The notes under the pieces: generated by a model
What the model was told of the DNA's origin: nothing
Databases searched by the model: none
Seen by the model: only the letters and a program-made list of their open reading frames with translations
Source: Actinomycetes bacterium
GTDB taxonomy: Bacteria; Actinomycetota; Acidimicrobiia; Acidimicrobiales; JAJZXF01
DNA: 64,000 bases
Direction: 5' to 3'
NCBI GenBank assembly: GCA_021802485.1
Contig: JAJZXF010000001.1
Span: forward strand, 46,872-110,871
Shown here: positions 1 to 9,910 of the stretch, in pieces
Position numbering within the stretch: the stretch's first letter is position 1
Layout: every line of letters begins with the position of its first letter
Made by a program: the position numbers and the translations under genes

Positions 1-1206
1 CCTCGCGTTGTGGTCGGACGCCCGCCTCAGCCTGTGCTGATGCAGCGCCTCGTTTGCATTCTTAGAAACGGTCTCGAGCAGGCGACGCTTTCCGCCTCGC
101 CGCGGAACCTTGATCACGATCCGGGACCCCCTGATACCCGAGAGCCACTCCACAAAGAGGTCCATGTCCTCCGGCTCCTCACCAACGAGAATCGTCGCGG
201 GCACGCGGTTGCCGGGTCGCGCTTTGCTCGCTGAACGGCCGGGGTCGCGGACCTCGGTTGCGTCCGCCTGGCCCCCCTGGGAATCTTGTGCATAGAACTG
301 CTCCAGCGCCTGTGCTACGACCTGGGGGCCCGAGATCTCCTCGACCTTGTCGAGTATGAAGCCATTGCGACCCACGACCCTGCCTGAGCGGATGAAGAAG
401 ACCTGGACAGCGGCCTCGAGCTCATCTTCTGCTACACCAATGACGTCGAGATCGTCCTCCGCACTCGCGACCATCTCCTGCGTCTCGACCGCAGCGAGCA
501 CTGACTCGAGACGGTCCCTCGCCCGAGCCGCAGCCTCGAAACGAAGCTCGCGGGATGCAACATTCATCTCGGATGCAAGGCGCTTGACCACCGGGGCGCT
601 GTCACCATCCAGGAAAGCCATGAACTCAGCGAGCATTGAGGAGTACTCGTCGTGGCTGACCTTTCCAACGCACGGTCCGCAGCAGCGTTTGATATGGAAA
701 AGCAGGCAGGGTCTCCCCAAGCGGGAGTGCCTAACGAGCTTCGCGTCCGAGCAGGTCCTCACTGGGAAGGACTTCAACAACAGATCGAAGGTCTCCCTTA
801 TCGCGTTTGGATGTGCGTACGGGCCGAAGTAACGAACGCCCTTTCGCTTTGCACCCCGGACGACAGCCGCACGGGGCCACTCGTGGTTCAACGTCACCGC
901 AAGGTACGGATAGCTCTTCCCGTCCATCAGGCGCACATTGAACCTGGGCTTGTGAACTTTGATCAGGTTGTACTCGAGCATCAAGGCTTCGACGTCGTTA
1001 CGGACCTGGATCCACTCCACAGACTCTGCGACCGAGAGCATCTGAACAGTTCGGGGAGCGAGGTGGGCAGGGTCCTGGAAATAGCTTGAGAGACGCTGAC
1101 GTAACGAACGCGCCTTGCCAACATAGATGATCCGGTGGTCGCGGTCACGGAACTGATACGAGCCGGGTGCGTCTGGCACCTCACCGAGCGACTCGCGAGT
1201 CAGCAT
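1..1206 (-). CDS. uvrC: Excinuclease ABC subunit C (UvrC), N-terminal ~402 codons; 3' part runs off the window
   Basis: Absent from the ORF track because no stop lies in the window. My reverse-complement translation from ATG (1206-1204) gives MLTRESLGEVPDAPGSYQFRDRDHRIIYVGKARSLRQRLSSY. Further in it reads VEWIQVRNDVEALMLEYNLIKVHKPRFNVRLMDGKSYPYLAVT, the GIY-YIG region typical of UvrC. Confidence 0.9.
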   Translation of the reverse strand, partial: MLTRESLGEVPDAPGSYQFRDRDHRIIYVGKARSLRQRLSSYFQDPAHLAPRTVQMLSVAESVEWIQVRNDVEALMLEYNLIKVHKPRFNVRLMDGKSYPYLAVTLNHEWPRAAVVRGAKRKGVRYFGPYAHPNAIRETFDLLLKSFPVRTCSDAKLVRHSRLGRPCLLFHIKRCCGPCVGKVSHDEYSSMLAEFMAFLDGDSAPVVKRLASEMNVASRELRFEAAARARDRLESVLAAVETQEMVASAEDDLDVIGVAEDELEAAVQVFFIRSGRVVGRNGFILDKVEEISGPQVVAQALEQFYAQDSQGGQADATEVRDPGRSASKARPGNRVPATILVGEEPEDMDLFVEWLSGIRGSRIVIKVPRRGGKRRLLETVSKNANEALHQHRLRRASDHNAR

Positions 1207-1390
1207 CCAACTACTTTGCCGCAATCGGAGCGCCTGCGTGTACAGCGGCCACGGATTGCCCACCCGAGGAGGCCATCGACAGCGAACCCAGCGGGGCTCC
1301 ACCGCTCGGGTCCACGCGCCTGTCCTAACATCCGCCGCTTGTACTAAACTAATCGTTGAGCCGGCCTGGTATCCCGGTGACATAGTGAAG

Positions 1391-1450
1391 CTCTCGGGTC
1401 GACAACCCCGCGGATGGGCGACCAGGCTGTCCCCGCCGACCTGACGAGAG
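1391..1450 (+). ncRNA. Candidate NAD+-I (nadA-motif)-like riboswitch/structured leader upstream of nadA
   Basis: The outer helix CTCTCG (1391-1396) pairs with CGAGAG (1445-1450). The inner helix GGTCG (1397-1401) pairs with CGACC (1419-1423) and carries a 5'-side bulge ACAACCCC (1402-1409). That bulge fits the ACANCCCC signature I recall for the nadA motif. A second C-rich segment CTGTCCCC lies at 1427-1434. The structure ends 10 nt before the SD GAAGGG (1461-1466) of nadA. Confidence 0.35.
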
Positions 1451-1466
1451 CGATACCCAAGAAGGG

Positions 1467-2657
1467 TTGGTGGACATGCTTCGTCTGCAAATGGCGCTCC
1501 CCGAGCGCTACGTGAAGGCATCTCCAGGTGAGCTGGAGTCATGGATCCGCGCTGCAAAGGAGCGCCTGGGTTCGCAGCTGCTTATCCTGGGCCACCATTA
1601 CCAGCGGGATGAGGTGATGCGGTGGGCGGATGCAAGAGGCGACTCGTTGCGACTCTCGAAGATAGCCGCAGACCGAAAAGATGCAAAGTACATCGTCTTC
1701 TGCGGAGTGCACTTCATGGCAGAAGCGGCCGACATCATCACCTCTGACGAACAAAAGGTGATACTTCCGGACCTGAACGCAGGCTGCTCGATGGCGGACA
1801 TGGCGGACGCGGACGATGTGGAGGAGGCATGGGCATCGCTCTCCAGAGCTGTCGACGTCAAGCGTCTGGTGCCGATCACCTACATCAACTCCTCGGCTGC
1901 CCTGAAGGCCTTCGTGGGACGAAAGGGTGGGAGCGTGTGCACCTCCTCGAACGCCCGCGCCGTGCTCAGCTGGGCACTTGGGATCGGGGCGGGGAATCCG
2001 GCGAAGGGAGCCAACGATACAGGCGCATCTCCTCGCTCCGCACAGAAGCCGGTGAACGCTGAAGCAAGCCCTGGGGACCAGGTTCTGTTCTTCCCAGACC
2101 AGCATCTGGGCCGCAATACCGCTTACCAGCTCGGCTTCACAGAACACGACATGCGCCTATGGGACCCGCGCCACGATTGCGGCGGCCTCAGCGAAGCCGA
2201 GATGAAGGAGGCGACCATCCTTTTATGGAAAGGGCATTGCTCTGTGCATCAGCGGTTCCGGCCCGAGCACGTAGAGCAGTTCCGTGCCGCCTACCCCGAT
2301 GGAGTCGTTGTCGTGCACCCAGAGTGCTCTCACGAGCTGGTGGCGCTGGCTGACTCCGCAGGATCGACCGACTTCATCATCCGCACGGTCCGCGAAGCTC
2401 CACCCGGGGCGGTCCTCGGCATCGGAACCGAGATCCACCTAGTGAAGCGGCTGGCCGACGAGCACCCAGACAAGACCGTCGTGTCGCTAGACCCGCTCGT
2501 GTGCCCCTGTTCGACGATGTTCAGGATCGACGAGCCACACCTCGCCTGGGTCCTTGAAGGCCTCCTTGAAGGCGAAGTCCGCAACCAGATCACCGTTCCC
2601 ACCTCCACTGCGGCCGATGCTCACCTCGCTCTGGAGCGGATGCTGGACATCGTCTGA
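1467..2657 (+). CDS. nadA: Quinolinate synthase NadA
   Basis: 396-aa ORF with LILGHHYQ, VFCGVHFMAEAADI and LPDLNAGCSMAD motifs typical of NadA. SD GAAGGG lies directly upstream; the start is TTG 1467 or ATG 1476. It contains a low-complexity insertion at about aa 172-204. Confidence 0.9.
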   Translation: MVDMLRLQMALPERYVKASPGELESWIRAAKERLGSQLLILGHHYQRDEVMRWADARGDSLRLSKIAADRKDAKYIVFCGVHFMAEAADIITSDEQKVILPDLNAGCSMADMADADDVEEAWASLSRAVDVKRLVPITYINSSAALKAFVGRKGGSVCTSSNARAVLSWALGIGAGNPAKGANDTGASPRSAQKPVNAEASPGDQVLFFPDQHLGRNTAYQLGFTEHDMRLWDPRHDCGGLSEAEMKEATILLWKGHCSVHQRFRPEHVEQFRAAYPDGVVVVHPECSHELVALADSAGSTDFIIRTVREAPPGAVLGIGTEIHLVKRLADEHPDKTVVSLDPLVCPCSTMFRIDEPHLAWVLEGLLEGEVRNQITVPTSTAADAHLALERMLDIV

Positions 2658-2672
2658 TCGAGTTGCCTCCGC

Positions 2673-2692
2673 CCCACGCCTGAAGGCGCGGG
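2673..2692 (+). terminator. Possible hairpin terminator after nadA
   Basis: CCCACGCC-TGAA-GGCGCGGG forms an 8-bp GC-rich stem with one mismatch, 16 nt after the nadA stop. No clear U-tract follows, so the call is weak. Confidence 0.3.
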
Positions 2693-2827
2693 ATTCCGAC
2701 GTGTCACCTTGGCTGTCTCTTCGGAGGATCATTGAGCAGCTTACGAGGCCATAAGCAAACCACCAGCGGGTACCCCACCATCGCCAAGGTCTTCGTGCTG
2801 TGGTGCAAACGCACTATTTCGCTCCAA

Positions 2828-2918
2828 GCAGGCTGTCGCAAAATGGCCCGAAACAGCGGTCTCCGAAGGCAAAACCCCAGGTGGCGTTCCGCTCCAAATG
2901 CATTTTGCGACAGCCTGC
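2828..2918. repeat. Perfect 18-bp inverted repeat (long hairpin, 55-nt loop) in the nadA-uvrA intergenic region
   Basis: GCAGGCTGTCGCAAAATG (2828-2845) is the exact reverse complement of CATTTTGCGACAGCCTGC (2901-2918). A second small hairpin AGAGCGCG-TTT-CGTGCTCT follows at about 2920-2938. Confidence 0.6.
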
Positions 2919-3130
2919 AAGAGCGCGTTTCGTGCTCTCACGAGATCGAGGACATCTCCATCTCCTTCTTGCTCCGCGCAAAGCCAGAGGCATGCCGATA
3001 GCGCCGTCTTGTTTGACAAGCAGTACTGTAGGTCGTCACTACTGCACAAGGGTGTATCATTCACGCTTGTCTACCCCAGCAGGGCTCTTTGACCTCACGG
3101 CAAGAGTCGGGGCTTGAGCTTGCAGTCCAG

Positions 3131-6100
3131 TCAGCCCGGGAGCTTTGCTTTACCCAAAGGCTTTGCCTTTCTTGCTTTCTTTGCCGGGCTCACGGTTGTT
3201 GCGCCGCCATCGCGGCGGCTGCGGCCGCGCTTGGGGGTGCCGCCAACAACATCGCAGAGCGCCGCTCCTGTGTAGCTTCCCTTCGTTGCCGCGATCTTCT
3301 CTGGACTCCCCGCGGCAACTACGCTTCCCCCTCCGTCGCCTCCTTCAGGGCCCAGGTCCACAACCCAGTCAGCGGTCTTAATTACGTCGAGGTTGTGCTC
3401 GATGACTACAACGGTGTTCCCTTGGTCCACGAGCGCGGATAGCACCCCGAGAAGTTTTCGCACGTCCTCGAAGTGCAGCCCAGTCGTTGGCTCATCGAGT
3501 ATGTAAAGAGTATGGCCGGTAGGTCGCTTCGCAAGCTCTGATGCGAGCTTTACGCGCTGGGCCTCCCCGCCGGACAAAGTGGGAGCGGGCTGGCCGAGCC
3601 TCACATATCCCAATCCCACGTCCACCAGTGTCTGGAGGTGGCGAGCTATCGAGCGCTGGTTGGCAAAGAACGCGAGCGCCTCGTCACACGGCATCGCCAG
3701 CACATCGGCGATGTTCTTGCCTTTGAAGGTGATGTCAAGCGTGTCGCGGTTATACCTGGATCCGTTGCAGACCTCGCACGGCACGTAGACGTCTGGCAGG
3801 AAGTGCATCTCAATCCTGATAGTCCCATCGCCTGCGCACGCCTCGCAGCGTCCCCCTGAAACGTTGAAGGAGAACCTGCCCGGCAGGTACCCCCTAACGC
3901 GCGCTTCAGACGCGCTGGCAAAGAGCTTGCGTATCGCGTCAAAGACTCCCGTGTAGGTAGCTGGATTCGAGCGGGGAGTCCGTCCGATCGGCGACTGGTC
4001 CACATCCACCACCTTGTCTACAAGATCCACCCCCTCGATGGTCCGGTGCTTGCCGGGCACGACCTTGGAGCGGTAGAGGCGCTTGCGGAGTCCAGCATGG
4101 AGCACATCGTTCACCAGGGTGGACTTCCCGGACCCAGATACCCCGGTAACAGCGACGAAGCATCCAAGCGGGATCTCGACGTCAATCTCACGCAGGTTGT
4201 GCTCGCGCGCGCCCCGCACGACCAACCGGCGCCCCGCTGGCTCGCGCCTAATGCGCGGCACCGGGATACAAAGCTCCCCCGACAGGTAGCGGCCAGTAAG
4301 CGACTCCGAGCTCGCGAGGAGGTCCGCATAAGAGCCGGCGCAGACTATCGCCCCGCCGTGCTCACCCGCTCCAGGTCCGATATCCACGATGTAATCGGCG
4401 CTACGGATCGTCTCGCTGTCATGCTCGACGACGATGACAGTGTTCCCTAGGTCCCGCAGCCTGAGAAGGGTCTCAATGAGCCGGTGATTGTCCCTCGGAT
4501 GCAACCCGATCGAGGGTTCGTCCAGCACATACAGCACTCCGACCAGGCCGCTTCCGATCTGGCTCGCAAGCCTTATACGCTGTGCCTCCCCTCCGGCAAG
4601 CGTGCCGGCCGACCTGTTCAACGTGAGGTAGTCGAGCCCGACGTCGACCAGGAAGCGCAGCCTGGAAACCACCTCGGCAACTACCCGATCTGCAATCGCC
4701 TTGTCCCTCTCGGACAGCTCCATGGACCCGACGGCATCCAGCGCGTCCCGAATGGACAGGTTGCACAGTTCGAAGATTCCACGCTCGCCAACGGTCACGG
4801 CTAGGGACTCCGGGCGCAGGCGTGCTCCGTTGCACGATGGGCATGGCACCTCGCGCATGTAACCCTCTATCGCCTCGCGCGCGGCATCAGACTCCGCCTC
4901 GGAGTGCCGCCTTTGCAGGTACGCAATGATGCCCTCATACCCGCTGGAGTAGGACCGCAACCTTCCAAACCGGTTCCGGTACTGTACATGCACCCGCTTG
5001 CCCTCTAGTCCGTAAAGCAGGATCTTCTGATGGGACTTGCGCAACTTTGACCAGGGCGTAGACATCGAGAACCCCTGGGCCTCGGCAATCCCCGCGAGCA
5101 TCCCGAGGAAGTAGCCGCTTCGTGCTCCAGCCCAAGGTGCGAGAGCCCCCTGCTCCAGAGACTTGCTCGGGTCCGGGACCACGAGTTCGGGATCCACCTC
5201 AAAGCGGGTTCCAAGGCCCGCGCAGTGCCGGCAAGCACCGTAGGGGGAATTGAACGAAAAGCTGCGCGGCGCGAGCTCGTCGAAGCTGAGATCGCAGTGC
5301 GAGCAGGCGAGGTGCCTGCTGAATGTGAGCAAGTCCCCTACGTCCTCGCCGTGTTCGGCTTCCTTCGCCTTCCCGCGGCCCTGGCCGCTCGAATCTCCTC
5401 CTGCGCTTACGATCTTGATCTCGACAACGCCGCCCGCAAGCCCCAGCGCGGTCTCCATCGAATCTGTGAGGCGCCGCTCGATCCCATCGCGTTGCACTAG
5501 GCGATCCACCACAACCTCGATGGTGTGCTGCTCGTAACGCGCAAGGTCAAGCTCCTCGCTTGCAGACAGCTCAACCAGATCCCCGTCGATCCTCGCTCGC
5601 GCATACCCTTGGCGGGACAACTCTGCAAGCAGCCCCGTGTACTCCCCCTTCCTCCCTCGCACGACTGGCGCGAGAACTTCGAACCGTGTGCCAGATGGCA
5701 GCTCCAATACGTGGTCCACGATCTGCTGGGCAGTCTGGCGAGCAACCAGCCTGCCGCAGGACGGGCAGTGCGGGACACCCACCCTCGCGTAAAGCAGGCG
5801 CAGGTAGTCGTAGATCTCCGTTATTGTCCCTACCGTTGAACGCGGGTTCCTCGACGACGATTTTTGATCTATCGAGATGGCTGGCGAGAGGCCCTCTATG
5901 AAGTCGACATCCGGCTTGTCCATTTGGCCTAGGAATTGGCGCGCATAGGACGATAGCGACTCCACGTAGCGGCGCTGACCCTCAGCGTAGATGGTGTCGA
6001 ACGCAAGCGAAGACTTGCCAGACCCCGATAGACCGGTGAAAACAATCAGCTTGTCACGGGGTAAATCCACAGAGAGATCACGGAGGTTGTGCTCACGCGC

Positions 6101-6136
6101 ACCCCGTACCACGATTTGATCCGCCATCCGATGCAC
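3131..6136 (-). CDS. uvrA: Excinuclease ABC subunit A (UvrA)
   Basis: 1001-aa ORF with [28 protein letters not shown], two ABC ATPase modules and zinc-finger Cys pairs. Alternative ATG start at 6127 (MADQIVV...). Confidence 0.97.
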   Translation of the reverse strand: MHRMADQIVVRGAREHNLRDLSVDLPRDKLIVFTGLSGSGKSSLAFDTIYAEGQRRYVESLSSYARQFLGQMDKPDVDFIEGLSPAISIDQKSSSRNPRSTVGTITEIYDYLRLLYARVGVPHCPSCGRLVARQTAQQIVDHVLELPSGTRFEVLAPVVRGRKGEYTGLLAELSRQGYARARIDGDLVELSASEELDLARYEQHTIEVVVDRLVQRDGIERRLTDSMETALGLAGGVVEIKIVSAGGDSSGQGRGKAKEAEHGEDVGDLLTFSRHLACSHCDLSFDELAPRSFSFNSPYGACRHCAGLGTRFEVDPELVVPDPSKSLEQGALAPWAGARSGYFLGMLAGIAEAQGFSMSTPWSKLRKSHQKILLYGLEGKRVHVQYRNRFGRLRSYSSGYEGIIAYLQRRHSEAESDAAREAIEGYMREVPCPSCNGARLRPESLAVTVGERGIFELCNLSIRDALDAVGSMELSERDKAIADRVVAEVVSRLRFLVDVGLDYLTLNRSAGTLAGGEAQRIRLASQIGSGLVGVLYVLDEPSIGLHPRDNHRLIETLLRLRDLGNTVIVVEHDSETIRSADYIVDIGPGAGEHGGAIVCAGSYADLLASSESLTGRYLSGELCIPVPRIRREPAGRRLVVRGAREHNLREIDVEIPLGCFVAVTGVSGSGKSTLVNDVLHAGLRKRLYRSKVVPGKHRTIEGVDLVDKVVDVDQSPIGRTPRSNPATYTGVFDAIRKLFASASEARVRGYLPGRFSFNVSGGRCEACAGDGTIRIEMHFLPDVYVPCEVCNGSRYNRDTLDITFKGKNIADVLAMPCDEALAFFANQRSIARHLQTLVDVGLGYVRLGQPAPTLSGGEAQRVKLASELAKRPTGHTLYILDEPTTGLHFEDVRKLLGVLSALVDQGNTVVVIEHNLDVIKTADWVVDLGPEGGDGGGSVVAAGSPEKIAATKGSYTGAALCDVVGGTPKRGRSRRDGGATTVSPAKKARKAKPLGKAKLPG

Positions 6137-6162
6137 GATACAGCCTCAAGACGACCGCGCTG

Positions 6163-8232
6163 TCACTGAGCCTCGGCGAGCTCCCGCTTCAGCTCGGCGA
6201 CCTCGTCGCGTAGCAACGCTGCCTCTTCGAAACGCAGCGCGGCCGCAGCATCGTGCATCTGCTTTTCCATCAAGGCGACGAGGGCCTCGATCTCACCCCG
6301 AGGAAACCCCTCGGTGACCAGGCTCTGTCCAGCACCCTCGACCGGAGACACCTGGTAGCTTCCCCTCGGCACAGAGCGAGCCGATCGGCCACCGCCACGG
6401 CTGCGACCCGTCGAGGTCGCGCCATTCGGGTCGCGGGGACCGAGCTGTCCCAGGATGTCCCTCACCGCCTTGCGCACCGTCTGCGGATCTATCCCATGAC
6501 GTGCATTGTGCTCCTTCTGGCGCTCCCTACGCCTGCGAGTCTCCGAGATCGCTGCACGCATCGAAGCAGTTGTAGTGTCCGCGTACATCACCACCTTCCC
6601 GCTCACGTTGCGAGCCGCTCGGCCGATCGTCTGCACCAGCGATGTCGAGCTGCGCAGGAAGCCCTCCTTGTCAGCATCGAGAATCGCGACCAATGATACC
6701 TCTGGGAGATCCAGCCCCTCACGGAGCAGGTTAATCCCAACCAGCACATCGAATTCCCCGAGTCGAAGGTCACGCAGGATCTCGATGCGGGAAAGGGTGT
6801 CAATGTTCGAGTGAAGATACCTGACACGCACACCCATCTCCAGCAGGTAGTCCGACAGATCCTCGGCCATCTTCTTGGTCAGGGTGGTCACAAGTACCCT
6901 TTCACCTCGCTCCACGACCTGCTCGATCTCCGCGATGAGATCGTCGATCTGGCCATCGGTGGGCTTCACCACGATCTCCGGATCCAGCAGGCCAGTAGGT
7001 CTGACTATCTGCTCGACCACCTGGCTGGACTCGCCCAACTCGAACGAGGAGGGCGTAGCTGACAGGAATATGCACTGGTTGACGCGCTCGTAGAACTCGC
7101 TAAAGCGCAATGGCCGGTTATCCAGCGCAGACGGGAGCCGAAAGCCGTGCTCCACGAGCGTCTCCTTACGAGACCGGTCCCCCTCATACTGGCCGCGCAG
7201 CTGCGGGACCGCTATGTGGCTCTCGTCGATCACGACCAGATAGTCCTCTGGGAAGTAGTCAAGGAGAGTGCTCGGAGGCTCTCCCGGAGAGCGCCCGTCG
7301 ATGTGGCGACTGTAATTCTCCACCCCGTTGCACACGCCCACCTCGGTGAGCATCTCGAGGTCGTAACGCGTTCGCATCCTGAGTCTCTGCGCCTCCAGCA
7401 GCTTGCCGTCGCGCTCCAGACGAACCAGCTGCTCGCCAAGCTCCACCTCGATCGAGGCTATTGCTCGCTTGAGCCGCTCAGGTCCAGCTACATAGTGGCT
7501 TGCCGGGAAGATCACGAGCTCCTCCAAGACTTCGAGAATCTCGCCGCTCAATGGGTCGAAGCGGACCATCTTGTCGATCTCGTCGCCGAACAGCTCGACA
7601 CGAACGCAGGTCTCCTCGTAGGCGGGGAAGATCTCGATTGCATCACCTCGGACCTTGAACTTGCCTCTCGCAAGCTGATAATCGTTGCGCTCGTAGTGGA
7701 TATCCACCAACCGGGAGAGGATACGGCGCTGGTCGTGCTCCTCGCCCACCCTGAGCACGAGGATGCGCTCCGCATACTCCTCCGGCGAGCCCAGGCCGTA
7801 AATACACGAGACAGACGCCACGACGATCACGTCGCGCCTCGTGAGCAGGCCAGACGTCGCGGAGTGACGTAGTCTGTCCACATCGTCGTTTATCGAGGAG
7901 TCCTTCTCGATGTAAGTATCGCTCGAGGGGATGTACGCCTCGGGCTGGTAGTAGTCGTAGTACGAGACGAAGTACTCGACCCGGTTCCCCGGGAACAGCT
8001 CCCCGAGTTCGCTCGCCAACTGGGCAGCAAGGGACTTATTGGGCTCGATAATCAAGGTCGGCCGCTGCACGGCCTCGATGGTCCAAGCCATCGTCGCGGT
8101 CTTCCCGCTGCCGGTGATGCCAAGTAGCGTCTGGAACCGGTCGCCGCGTTCGATCCCCTTCACCAGCTGCTCGATTGCCTGCGGCTGATCCCCTGCAGGA
8201 GAAAACTCCGAGACTACCTTGAACGAAGGCAT
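6163..8232 (-). CDS. uvrB: Excinuclease ABC subunit B (UvrB)
   Basis: 689-aa ORF starting [17 protein letters not shown], with Walker A GITGSGKT, helicase motifs and a C-terminal UVR domain ([14 protein letters not shown]). Confidence 0.97.
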   Translation of the reverse strand: MPSFKVVSEFSPAGDQPQAIEQLVKGIERGDRFQTLLGITGSGKTATMAWTIEAVQRPTLIIEPNKSLAAQLASELGELFPGNRVEYFVSYYDYYQPEAYIPSSDTYIEKDSSINDDVDRLRHSATSGLLTRRDVIVVASVSCIYGLGSPEEYAERILVLRVGEEHDQRRILSRLVDIHYERNDYQLARGKFKVRGDAIEIFPAYEETCVRVELFGDEIDKMVRFDPLSGEILEVLEELVIFPASHYVAGPERLKRAIASIEVELGEQLVRLERDGKLLEAQRLRMRTRYDLEMLTEVGVCNGVENYSRHIDGRSPGEPPSTLLDYFPEDYLVVIDESHIAVPQLRGQYEGDRSRKETLVEHGFRLPSALDNRPLRFSEFYERVNQCIFLSATPSSFELGESSQVVEQIVRPTGLLDPEIVVKPTDGQIDDLIAEIEQVVERGERVLVTTLTKKMAEDLSDYLLEMGVRVRYLHSNIDTLSRIEILRDLRLGEFDVLVGINLLREGLDLPEVSLVAILDADKEGFLRSSTSLVQTIGRAARNVSGKVVMYADTTTASMRAAISETRRRRERQKEHNARHGIDPQTVRKAVRDILGQLGPRDPNGATSTGRSRGGGRSARSVPRGSYQVSPVEGAGQSLVTEGFPRGEIEALVALMEKQMHDAAAALRFEEAALLRDEVAELKRELAEAQ

Positions 8233-8291
8233 TCCTACGATCTTACGGCCAAAGCCTTGACCTGGAGAGCATGGAGCACCTCACGCACACC

Positions 8292-8900
8292 TCAGGGCGC
8301 GCTCTCGAGGTTCAAGAGGCGTTCCCAAACGCGTTCCACCTGTTCGCCCAGGTGAGAAAGTGAGGAAGAGTTGTCGATCACGAAGTCCGCTATAGCGATC
8401 CGCTGCTCCCGGCTCGCCTGAGCCTCGATCCGTGCGATTGCCTCAGACCGGGTCATCTGCCTCGATGCCGCGAGCCTCTCTAGGACCACCTCCTCAGGAG
8501 CGTCCACAACCACGACTGCCTGCGGGCGAATCGAGGCTCCCGTGATCTCTGTAAGAAGTGGGATCTCAAGCACTGTCGCACAACACGACGGGGGAGCAGC
8601 AGCTACGCGCCGTGCAATCTCCGCTGCAATCGCAGGATGCGTGAGCGACTCCAGGTCCCTTCGCGCTTGGGCATCTGCGAAGACGATGTCAGCGAGGGCC
8701 TTTCTGTCGATGTTTCCGTCCACAGAGACGACCCCTGGACCAAAACGCTCGACTACACCCGCGAAGGCTGCACCACCTGGCATGACGACCAATCGTGCAA
8801 TCGCGTCTGCGTCGACGACGAACGCTCCCAGCTCGGCGAAGATCTGCGCAACCGTGGACTTGCCCGACCCGATCCCCCCTGTCAGGGCTACGGATATCAC
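8292..8900 (-). CDS. coaE: Dephospho-CoA kinase
   Basis: 202-aa ORF with N-terminal LTGGIGSGKSTVA P-loop and VVDADAIAR motif. It sits in the usual position upstream of uvrB. Confidence 0.9.
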   Translation of the reverse strand: MISVALTGGIGSGKSTVAQIFAELGAFVVDADAIARLVVMPGGAAFAGVVERFGPGVVSVDGNIDRKALADIVFADAQARRDLESLTHPAIAAEIARRVAAAPPSCCATVLEIPLLTEITGASIRPQAVVVVDAPEEVVLERLAASRQMTRSEAIARIEAQASREQRIAIADFVIDNSSSLSHLGEQVERVWERLLNLESAP

Positions 8901-8921
8901 CTCGCCGCCGGTGTCACCATC

Positions 8922-9713
8922 TCACGAGCCTCTAAACGGCGACGACACTACGCCAAGAAGCACCAGCGCGGCATCACTTGTGTCATCGGAGATGAAGAAG
9001 TCGTCAGCTGTGATGCCAGTAGCACCCGAGGTGTCACTCTTCGCCAGCAGGCGGTAAGCGACAGGCAGCACTCGTGTGTAGAAACCGATGTACCAACTTC
9101 TCGGCATCCGGTGCCGCAGATCCAAGAAGTCCAGCCTCAAGAGCTTCTCCGCTTTAGCACGCCTTGCAGCGAAATCCTCGTGAACCCGTGGGGTCGCGCC
9201 CATTCCGAAAACGTGGACATTGGCAAAATGATCGCCGAGAAGGGCCGAAAGGTCATCCCGCTCGAACTGGACCAGGTGAAACGGGTTCTCGAAGTCGAAT
9301 GGCCGGTTCGGAGTCAAGAAGAAGGCGGTGCCGCTGTCGGCAAGAATCCGACCCACCTCCCTCACGTGGTCCTCGGGCCTTTCGAAGTGCTCAACCACAT
9401 GTGATGAGCAGACCCAGTCCATCGACGCGTCGCGGATGCCGAGACGGAGCGCGTCCATCCCAGCCACACGCAGCCCTTTCTCCGACCACCTGCGCGACGC
9501 ATCCTGAGCTACACCCACGCTGTAGTCGATGCCGAGCACGCTTCGATCAGGCGCCAGAAAGCTCGCTGACTCGAAGCCGTCTCCGCAGCCGATGTCGAGC
9601 ACCCACCCGGGGCCCAACCTCGCACTAACAGCCCGGTAGCCCGCTTCGTGAAGCGCTAGGAGCGAGTCAGGCGTCACCCCTTCCACGGGACGCTCTCCCG
9701 TCAGCTTGGACAT
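8922..9713 (-). CDS. Class I SAM-dependent methyltransferase
   Basis: 263-aa ORF with motif I VLDIGCGDGFE and downstream acidic/aromatic motifs of Rossmann-fold methyltransferases. Confidence 0.8.
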   Translation of the reverse strand: MSKLTGERPVEGVTPDSLLALHEAGYRAVSARLGPGWVLDIGCGDGFESASFLAPDRSVLGIDYSVGVAQDASRRWSEKGLRVAGMDALRLGIRDASMDWVCSSHVVEHFERPEDHVREVGRILADSGTAFFLTPNRPFDFENPFHLVQFERDDLSALLGDHFANVHVFGMGATPRVHEDFAARRAKAEKLLRLDFLDLRHRMPRSWYIGFYTRVLPVAYRLLAKSDTSGATGITADDFFISDDTSDAALVLLGVVSSPFRGS

Positions 9714-9910
9714 ACTCCTCCATCTGCTCTTTGATCGTTATCCATTCGCATGCTCCGCACGGCCCCAAAGCACAGGCATCCAGGCCGGACCTTGGGACCC
9801 AGCAGGCCCCGATCACCAACCCCATCGACAGCGGGGGATCCCGCCACGAGGGCAAGCAGCGTCACTGTAGCATCACTCGCAAAGAGCATCTGGTCGATAC
9901 ATCTCGCGGC

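Noticed and set aside
7147-7872. 241-aa plus-strand ORF inside uvrB; similar long antisense ORFs at 42553-43704, 53462-54382, 55861-56997, 25703-26500 and 40425-41072
   Set aside because: They lie antisense to well-supported conserved genes (uvrB, hyuB, ligA, acs, the FAD oxidoreductase, amidohydrolase). They have Arg/Pro/Ser-rich composition typical of off-frame translation in high-GC DNA and show no motifs.
6137-8291. Search for LexA/SOS boxes (actinobacterial TCGAAC-N4-GTTCGA type) upstream of uvrA and uvrB
   Set aside because: No such palindrome is visible in 6137-6162 or 8233-8291.
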